Shown here: positions 1 through 5,963 of the stretch, piece by piece | Layout: every line of letters starts with the position of its first letter | Position numbering within the stretch: the first letter of the stretch is position 1 | NCBI GenBank assembly: GCA_051382335.1 | Contig: JBBCAX010000113.1 | Span: forward strand, 1-11,031 | Length of the DNA: 11,031 nucleotides | From: Deltaproteobacteria bacterium TL4 | GTDB taxonomy: Bacteria > SAR324 > NAC60-12 | Reading direction: 5' to 3' | Notes under the pieces: generated by a model | Told to the model about the DNA's origin: nothing | Seen by the model: only the letters and a program-made list of their open reading frames with translations | Database searches by the model: none | Program-made: the position numbers and the translations under genes

Positions 1-132
1 CAAAGAGGGGTCTCGAAAATAAAGGCTAGCAGTGTCTACAGAGTTCAAGGGACGTGGAAACTCTCACACCTGAAGGCTGTAGCAACGGCTTGGAATAACC
101 AATGGTTTAGCGATCAGGGATTGAAAAAATAG
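1..132 (+). CDS. C-terminal end (5'-partial) of a probable group II intron reverse transcriptase/maturase (domain X end)
   Basis: Frame +1 is open from base 1 to TAG at 130-132: QRGVSKIKASSVYRVQGTWKLSHLKAVATAWNNQWFSDQGLKK*. The pattern 'RGVS...W+LSH..AV..A..N.WF...GL' resembles, from memory, the C-terminus of endonuclease-less bacterial group II intron-encoded proteins. Only 43 aa are visible, and it is not in the supplied ORF track. Confidence 0.6.
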   Translation, partial: QRGVSKIKASSVYRVQGTWKLSHLKAVATAWNNQWFSDQGLKK

Positions 133-211
133 TTCAATTGATTCAATTCAAATAATCCATCTCGTTTCTTTTTTCAATACAAATATTGGGTAGGTGAACG
201 GTTACGAGGGC

Positions 212-973
212 TTACCAGTAAGTGAAAATACCGATGCTAACACCACCTGTAAGGATTGCGGTTTCTTTTTGTGCTTGTGGGACAGAAATCAAAGTTGGTT
301 TTAAGGAAGAAGTAGAGATTACTTCCCCAGTCATATAGAGGTATTGAATCCGTAATCCGGCTCCCTCCAAAATACTATCAAAGCCGACTTTCATCACTTG
401 CACGGGGACCGCAAGGGTAGAAGTTTGTTTGGCCCGAAATCCTGCGAGTTTTTCCTCTTGATCATCGTTGCGTTCTCCTCCATTTTTATAGTCACTGATT
501 AAGGTAAGTGTTCCGGTTTGAATGCCAAGAAAAGGTTTGATCCCATTACTCTGATGATTAAAGGGATACATATTCAAACCCACCAAGGCTGTTGTATTTA
601 ATGACTGTGCAATATCTCCAATTTTTATTGAACTGTTACTGCTGTCCAACGTTTCAAAAGTAAAATGCCGTATCCCGGTTGTGAACCCGGTCACAACCTC
701 AAATCCGACAACACCCAACACAACCCACTCCAGCATAAATTCTGTTGTTTGCACCTCACCCACTGAAGTGGCGGTGACTTCTTTTTCCGCAGAGGTTGAG
801 GAGGCATCATCAAAACGCTGAGTTTCATAGGTATAGGAGATTCCCATAGTCGTTCGAGTTAAACCTATCTTCACTTTTCCTTTGCTATCCTCTTCAGCGT
901 GAACTACAGGTGTTATCTTCAAAAAACTGATGATGAGTGTGAAAATCAAAAGTAATCGCACAAAACCTCTCAT
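212..973 (-). CDS. Secreted protein, probable outer-membrane beta-barrel
   Basis: 253 aa. Sec signal peptide (MRGFVRLLLIFTLIISFLKITPVVHA/EE), Gly/Thr/aromatic-rich alternating strands (e.g. LVGLNMYPF, KPFLGIQTG), and a C-terminal beta-signal-like GVSIGIFTYW ending in an aromatic residue. Confidence 0.7.
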   Translation of the reverse strand: MRGFVRLLLIFTLIISFLKITPVVHAEEDSKGKVKIGLTRTTMGISYTYETQRFDDASSTSAEKEVTATSVGEVQTTEFMLEWVVLGVVGFEVVTGFTTGIRHFTFETLDSSNSSIKIGDIAQSLNTTALVGLNMYPFNHQSNGIKPFLGIQTGTLTLISDYKNGGERNDDQEEKLAGFRAKQTSTLAVPVQVMKVGFDSILEGAGLRIQYLYMTGEVISTSSLKPTLISVPQAQKETAILTGGVSIGIFTYW

Positions 974-1035
974 ATTGTTTGTTATTTGTGCACAAAATGC
1001 TAAAATGCCGTTTAATGCATTTCCAGTTAGGTTGA

Positions 1036-1069
1036 CTCTATACTCACCCCCTCAGGAGGGGTTATAGAG
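1036..1069. promoter_or_regulatory. Imperfect palindrome in the divergent promoter region (possible operator)
   Basis: CTCTATA(1036-1042)...CCCCTC-AG-GAGGGG(1048-1061)...TATAGAG(1063-1069). It overlaps TTGACT at 1032-1037 and lies between the divergent starts at 973(-) and 1106(+). Confidence 0.4.
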
Positions 1070-1105
1070 CTTTGCACTTATTTTATCGGTAATTGAGGTG
1101 ATTTC

Positions 1106-2878
1106 TTGAGTAGAATTTTAAAACTGTTTTCACAGTTACAACCCGCAACGAAATTATGTGTTGTTCTGTTGATCCTCTTATTTTCTGCAGGATGTGCCCC
1201 AAAAAAAGAGGGTTCTGATGATTCATCAACAAATTCCAAGGATTTAGTTTCCTCTGTGAATCCAGTTTCCCCCTCCGACCCTGAGGCTACACCAGGGTCC
1301 ACTTTTGCCGCGCTTTCTGAGCACAACGCTAACTTTCGCTGTAATTTCCAGTCCGCAACAGCACAAACAAAAGTTCCCCTCACCCGCTATTCCCGTCATG
1401 AGCATCCGCAAGAAGAAGATCGTATTTTGCGCTTATATACCCACGATGTTATCCAAAAGGGCAACCTAAAAGAAACCTTGAGAATCACGACTCAGGATGT
1501 GGTGTACAAGGAAAATCAATTACGCAGCGCAAGTTCAGACCTGATTATCCAGGTTCCAGAAGCGCTTGCTGGAGAAATACCGGAAGACGTACTGAAGCAA
1601 ACCTATGTTTTAACAGAGAAAACACCAACATGTCGAAAAAGTAATCAAACTCCCATTGATCTTGTTTTGGCACAAACTTGCTTGATTTACCAAGAAAGCT
1701 ACCTGTTTTCTGAAAACCTTCCAGACAACTTGGACCTCCTGTTAACCGCTGAAGACTATGTCTTGTATGCACAAAAAAAGGATCCCTATACCTTCTACTA
1801 TGCGGCTCAACAATTTAATGATGAGGTCCTTCCTTCGCTTAAAGGCGAACGAGCAGGAATTGGTCTCAGAGTTGAAGCCGAAGGCGTACTTACCTTAATA
1901 CGCGCGTCATCGACCGTTGTCACGATTAATTCAAACAATCCGTTAATGATCACGGGGAGGCGTTTATTTTCTCATGGCTGGTTTGATGGCTTTCAAAAAG
2001 AGGATCAAATTATGAAAATTGATAACACCTCCATTGAGGGCTTAACCTTTGAGCAGATTGCGCTGTTGTTTCCACACCTGGAGGAACAGACCGGAGTTAT
2101 TGAAGTGAAACGGAACAACACGCTTCTTTCTATCAAAACAACGGCGGCAGAGCATCTCTCTTGTGTGACCAGTGAAGGGATTGCCTACTTAAATGCACGG
2201 CAATTTACCACAGAAACGGGTGTGAGGATTAAAGAACATTTTGATTATTTGACAGCAAACTCATCGACGCCCATAACAAAACTGCTCTTTGATTTAAGGT
2301 ATAATGGGGGCGGCAGTACTAGCGGCGCAAGAGCTCTGGTGGATTATTTGATTGACAGAGACACTCCCGCAAAAACCCATCCTTTAATGATCATAGATGG
2401 AAAGGTCACCAAAAACCAGACGTATTACCTTGGAGATTATAGTCCCAATAACATTGGTGATTTTTCACCGCAGACATTTGTTGTGCTCATGAACGAAGGC
2501 TCTGCGTCTTCTTCGGAAATCACCTTGAATGCCTTAAAAGACTACAAGATTGCCACGCTTTTAGGGGCAAAGAGTTATGGCAAAGGAGTACAGCAATTTG
2601 TATATACCCTTTTTGATAACTCCGGAGTTTTTGTCACTGCAGATTATTTCTATTCCCCTTTGAGAAACACGCATCATGGTATTGGAATTATGCCCGACAT
2701 TTGTATCGATTCTGACATCCTTACGATTTCGCCCAATAATGACCCGCAACTTGCGGCAGCAATGCAATGGCTCACGCAGGGGCAGGTTACCAACGGGAGC
2801 GTGTGTCCGGAAGAAACAGTGCACACGTCCCTGGTAAGAGACCCCCTGTTACAAGTATTTCAAGAACGATCTTTTTAA
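1106..2878 (+). CDS. S41 family (C-terminal processing / tail-specific) peptidase, probable lipoprotein with degenerate PDZ domain
   Basis: Motifs DLRYNGGG, VVLMNEGSASSSE (catalytic Ser), GAKSYGKG (catalytic Lys) and GIGIMPDI. PDZ-like GIGLRV...DQIMKIDN. Lipobox-like LLFSAG-C followed by a Ser/Pro-rich tether. SD GAGGTG at 1095-1100 precedes the TTG start. Confidence 0.9.
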   Translation: MSRILKLFSQLQPATKLCVVLLILLFSAGCAPKKEGSDDSSTNSKDLVSSVNPVSPSDPEATPGSTFAALSEHNANFRCNFQSATAQTKVPLTRYSRHEHPQEEDRILRLYTHDVIQKGNLKETLRITTQDVVYKENQLRSASSDLIIQVPEALAGEIPEDVLKQTYVLTEKTPTCRKSNQTPIDLVLAQTCLIYQESYLFSENLPDNLDLLLTAEDYVLYAQKKDPYTFYYAAQQFNDEVLPSLKGERAGIGLRVEAEGVLTLIRASSTVVTINSNNPLMITGRRLFSHGWFDGFQKEDQIMKIDNTSIEGLTFEQIALLFPHLEEQTGVIEVKRNNTLLSIKTTAAEHLSCVTSEGIAYLNARQFTTETGVRIKEHFDYLTANSSTPITKLLFDLRYNGGGSTSGARALVDYLIDRDTPAKTHPLMIIDGKVTKNQTYYLGDYSPNNIGDFSPQTFVVLMNEGSASSSEITLNALKDYKIATLLGAKSYGKGVQQFVYTLFDNSGVFVTADYFYSPLRNTHHGIGIMPDICIDSDILTISPNNDPQLAAAMQWLTQGQVTNGSVCPEETVHTSLVRDPLLQVFQERSF

Positions 2879-3567
2879 GATTTCTCATCATAAATGGCTT
2901 GGATTTCGTCAGATTCAATTCGGTGGCAGCCCTCGCGTTGTTCCTTGGCGACCTCCAGCATTGAAAACGCGATGGTTTTTGCGTGAATAGGCTTTGCTTT
3001 TTTCAAGGGACCTTTCATGAGTGGAGCAAGCGTTTTCAAGGCCGCAACCCCCCAAGCTTCAAGAATTCTCTTTTCTTCACGTTCTCCTAAAATTATGGAC
3101 GGCTGAAAGATGAGAAGGCTTTCAAAAATAAGCTTTGAAATATCGGATTCCATATCGCCTTTGACTCGATTATAAAAGGTCAAGGATCTTGGATTCGCGC
3201 CTAAAGCGGAGACAACAATAAATTGGCGTACGCCTTGAATTGAAGCAAGTTTGGCCGCTTTTACAGGGTAGGCATAGTCGACTTGGCGGAACGCTTCTTG
3301 GGACCCCGCTTTTTTAAGCGTACTTCCCAAGCAACAAAAAACATCATCTACCTGGAATAACGAGGTGTGCTGCTGTAAGTTGTTAAAATCAACAATGTGC
3401 TCCTCCAGTTTAGGATGCGAGCGTTCTAATTTCCTTCGTCCCAAGACAATGACCTGTTCATAAGCATTATCGTTTAACAGGTAATCCAAGCAATATCCCC
3501 CCACTAGCCCCGTAGCTCCCAATAGCAACGCGGATCTGGCCTCAGTTTTAAAAATTTCTTTTTCCAT
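2875..3567 (-). CDS. NAD(P)-binding oxidoreductase, atypical SDR of the TIP30/CC3 (YraR-like) type
   Basis: Rossmann motif LLGATGLVG, plus DDVFCCLGSTLKKAGSQEAFRQVD, VSALGA and FYNRVKGDME, all typical of this family. Confidence 0.9.
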   Translation of the reverse strand: MEKEIFKTEARSALLLGATGLVGGYCLDYLLNDNAYEQVIVLGRRKLERSHPKLEEHIVDFNNLQQHTSLFQVDDVFCCLGSTLKKAGSQEAFRQVDYAYPVKAAKLASIQGVRQFIVVSALGANPRSLTFYNRVKGDMESDISKLIFESLLIFQPSIILGEREEKRILEAWGVAALKTLAPLMKGPLKKAKPIHAKTIAFSMLEVAKEQREGCHRIESDEIQAIYDEKS

Positions 3568-3617
3568 AAACGACCTTTCTTTTGAGATAAAGTATAGTGC
3601 TCAAGATAAGTTTTGTC

Positions 3618-3740
3618 GGGCTTGGTCGTAAGTTCGGCCATTTTGATGGTAGCCCTGGGTTTCGTCCCAGGGGATACCGCACACATTGTTCCTCGGGGCG
3701 AAACCCGAGGCTACCCCTGGCCGAAGTTAGACCCAAGCCC
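3618..3740. mobile_element. 123-bp MITE with 23-bp TIRs and 8-bp target-site duplication
   Basis: Left TIR GGGCTTGGTCGTAAGTTCGGCCA (3618-3640) versus reverse complement of 3718-3740, GGGCTTGGGTCTAACTTCGGCCA (19/23 identical). Flanked by the perfect direct repeat GTTTTGTC at 3610-3617 and 3741-3748. Confidence 0.85.
3649..3714. repeat. Inverted doublet of GTAG-type REP sequences (REPIN-like)
   Basis: GTAG-CCCTGGG-TTTCGT-CCCAGGG (+, 3649-3672) and GTAG-CCTCGGG-TTTCGC-CCCGAGG (-, 3714-3691), separated by an 18-bp spacer. The stems differ by compensatory changes. Confidence 0.8.
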
Positions 3741-3747
3741 GTTTTGT

Positions 3748-3803
3748 CCTGGGAGCGAGGGCGTCCCGCCCTCCGGTGAGGGCAAGAGGCCCTCGCTCCC
3801 AGG
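3748..3803. repeat. GGAG-type REP-like hairpin doublet inside the outer MITE
   Basis: CCTGGGAGC-GAGGGC-GTCCC-GCCCTC-CGGT-GAGGGC-AAGAG-GCCCTC-GCTCCCAGG: two short hairpins in inverted orientation. Confidence 0.75.
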
Positions 3804-3852
3804 GAAAAAACTTTCCTGGACAGCTATATTATCGGGTGTTCTGATTCCGTTT

Positions 3853-5697
3853 TTAAGGATTTAATTCGAAAAAGTAAGTTTTTACTCCAAATTCTGTTTT
3901 TTCAGTTTTAGGAAGATCAACCGCATCAAAGACACGCAACATTCCGTAATTGTCTGCCAAAACATCAGCTTTCAGTTTGGGAATATGGCAAGACTGGGCA
4001 ATGAACACCAAGCGATCCATTAAATATCTGCCTAATCCTTGGCCCTGCCATTCATCACTCACTTGAAACGCTAACTCCGGAACTCCATCATGTTCGTCAA
4101 TAATCCACTGTCCCATCGCAATGATTTCTTCTTGTTTACTCTCAAGATTGAGCACAATAAGGGACATATTACGTGAATAATCAATATCCACAAAGCCTTG
4201 CAGAACCTGATGTGGGAGAGAACGGAGATGTCTGAAATATCGCAAATAAATACTACGGTCCGATAAGGAGTGAAAGAAATCCCTCACATGATCTTCATCT
4301 GTAGGTTTGACAGGTCGTGCAAGGACTTCTACCCCTTTCTTGGTCTCAAAGACTTCTTCCCACTCAGAGGGATAATGGTGTTTGAAATAATATCCGGGCT
4401 GCTTCTCACTGATATAATGATTTTGTTTTGCGGCCTGCAGCAATTTATCTCTAAAATCAGGGTGAGCAATCTCTATCAAGCCAAGACAGCGCTCTCGTAT
4501 ATTTTTACCATAGACTTGAGCCACACCATATTCTGTCACAACACTGTCAACTTCGGCTCGGGTTACCACAACCCCTGAGCCTGGTTTTAAAGAAAAAACA
4601 ATACTCGAAGTTTTGCCTTCATTTCGAGTTGAGGGTAATACCAGAAATGACCGTCCACCTTCCGATAACATAGCGCCCCTAACAAAATCAAGAGTTCCGC
4701 CAAAGCCGCCATAAAACTCGTGCCCCAACGATTCTGAACAAACTTGCCCCGTAACATCCACTTCGTGTGCATCGGCAATGGCTATCATATTAGGATTCGC
4801 GCCAATATTGTCCCAGTTATTGACATAAGTCAGAGGATAAAATTCAATATCAGGGTTTCGATTGACAAATTGATAGAGTTCTTGACTGCCTGCAGCATGA
4901 GTAACCACCGATTTTCCTCGATGTCGAATTTTCGTGCTATTATCAATCACTCCACTTTTGATCAGTTCCATCAAGCCGTCATTAAAAATTTCCGTGTGCA
5001 GGCCCAAATGTTTTTTTTGCCTCAAATGAGGAATAACCGCATTAGAGAGAGTCCCTAAGCCCAAACGAATAATGGAACCATCCTCAATTTGGTCGGCGAT
5101 AATCCTTCCAATTTGATCATCGACTTCATTTTTAGCCAGAGGTAGTTGATGGCTAATTAACGGCTCATTACAGTCAATCCAATAATCGATTTGCTCCGAA
5201 TTGATCAATGAGTCCCCATAGGTCCAGGGTAAATGCGTTGTAACTTCCGCAATCACCAACTCCGCTTTTTGAATCATTTCCTTAGTGATATCAACCCCTA
5301 CGCCCAAGCTACACAGGCCTTCTTCATTGGGAGGCGTCACTTTAATCAATGCGACATCAACACGAATTTTCTCTCGTAACACCAACAGCGGAATTCCTGA
5401 AACAGAAATTGGAGTGTAATCACAACGTCCTTCTCTAATTGAATCAAATACGGTATTGTCCACAAAAAAGGTACGTGTACGAAACCGCTTGTGATGTGAC
5501 TCCAGATAATGAGCCGCTTCAAAGTTAATGAACTGAATGATTTCCATATCAACCAATCCATGATTTAGATTCACCATTTCCTCAATCAACGCCTTAGGTG
5601 TCGTTGCGCCATTACCTATGTAGACGTGACTTCCCACAGAAATCATTTCCAATGCTTCTTCAAGACTACGTTCTTTGGCATACCAATCCGTACTCAT
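3853..5697 (-). CDS. Acetyl-CoA hydrolase/transferase family protein fused to a C-terminal GNAT acetyltransferase
   Basis: Family I CoA-transferase motifs GLCSLGVGVD, LGLHTE (catalytic Glu), VDVTGQVCSES, GFGGTLDFVRGA, VVTEYGVA and LIEIAHPDFR. C-terminal Pat-like GNAT: RPVKPTDE..FFHSLSDRSIYLRYF, ELAFQVSDEWQGQGLG, VLADNYGM. SD AAAGGA upstream. Confidence 0.92.
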   Translation of the reverse strand: MSTDWYAKERSLEEALEMISVGSHVYIGNGATTPKALIEEMVNLNHGLVDMEIIQFINFEAAHYLESHHKRFRTRTFFVDNTVFDSIREGRCDYTPISVSGIPLLVLREKIRVDVALIKVTPPNEEGLCSLGVGVDITKEMIQKAELVIAEVTTHLPWTYGDSLINSEQIDYWIDCNEPLISHQLPLAKNEVDDQIGRIIADQIEDGSIIRLGLGTLSNAVIPHLRQKKHLGLHTEIFNDGLMELIKSGVIDNSTKIRHRGKSVVTHAAGSQELYQFVNRNPDIEFYPLTYVNNWDNIGANPNMIAIADAHEVDVTGQVCSESLGHEFYGGFGGTLDFVRGAMLSEGGRSFLVLPSTRNEGKTSSIVFSLKPGSGVVVTRAEVDSVVTEYGVAQVYGKNIRERCLGLIEIAHPDFRDKLLQAAKQNHYISEKQPGYYFKHHYPSEWEEVFETKKGVEVLARPVKPTDEDHVRDFFHSLSDRSIYLRYFRHLRSLPHQVLQGFVDIDYSRNMSLIVLNLESKQEEIIAMGQWIIDEHDGVPELAFQVSDEWQGQGLGRYLMDRLVFIAQSCHIPKLKADVLADNYGMLRVFDAVDLPKTEKTEFGVKTYFFELNP

Positions 5698-5760
5698 GCT
5701 TCTTTCCTTTCAAAATAATTCAACCCTACCCTCCACTAAAACCTGAGATTTGCGAGATTT

Positions 5761-5793
5761 GGGGTGCGCTCGCTTCGCTTAAACGGCACCTAC
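5761..5793 (-). repeat. Single GTAG-type REP-like sequence
   Basis: Minus strand reads GTAGGTGCCGTTTAAGCGAAGCGAGCGCACCCC: GTAG start, GGTGC/GCACC stem and a GCGAAGC mini-hairpin, forming a GC-rich island in an AT-rich spacer. Confidence 0.55.
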
Positions 5794-5963
5794 CTTAAGC
5801 TTCAAAAGTTAAAAATTAACCCGATGAAAGTATAACAAAGTCGAGGTAAACGAAGTGTTGTTACGATTGTATACCAATTGATGGCAGAAAGATCTAGGAA
5901 ATAGAAAGCGGCTTAGCATGAAAGCGAGTCTTGTTTTTTTTTACGAAATGGATGCTCTTCGAA

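Larger units (their letters stand above)
3593..3828. mobile_element. TA-bounded MITE (outer element, ~105 bp net), interrupted by a second MITE
   Basis: Left end TATAGTGCTCAAGATAAGTTTTGTC; right end reverse-complemented is TATAGCTGTCCAGGAAAGTTTTTTC. Removing the insert and one TSD copy leaves 105 bp that align end to end with the 103-bp element at 10451-10553. Confidence 0.8.

Noticed and set aside
133..151. TTCAATT repeated (ttcaattgattcaattca)
   Set aside because: Short, low-complexity AT-rich repeat that is expected by chance.
1..973. Diversity-generating retroelement (RT next to a surface protein)
   Set aside because: I saw no template/variable repeat pair with adenine-specific mismatches in the window, and the RT-like tail resembles group II intron maturases rather than DGR RTs.
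3593..3828. CRISPR array, riboswitch or simple intrinsic terminator interpretation of the hairpin cluster
   Set aside because: There are no regularly spaced direct repeats and no cas genes. The TIR/TSD structure and the dispersed second copy explain it better, although the hairpin next to the A6 run at 3805-3810 could act as a terminator incidentally.
3504..3864. Four short ORFs (60-83 aa) across the 3568-3852 spacer
   Set aside because: They are by-products of the GC-rich palindromic MITE/REP sequence, occur on both strands, and have no protein-like features.
5711..5729. Minus-strand GTAGGGTTGAATTATTTTG as another REP
   Set aside because: GTAG is present but no closing stem follows, and it runs into the ribosome-binding site of the downstream gene.
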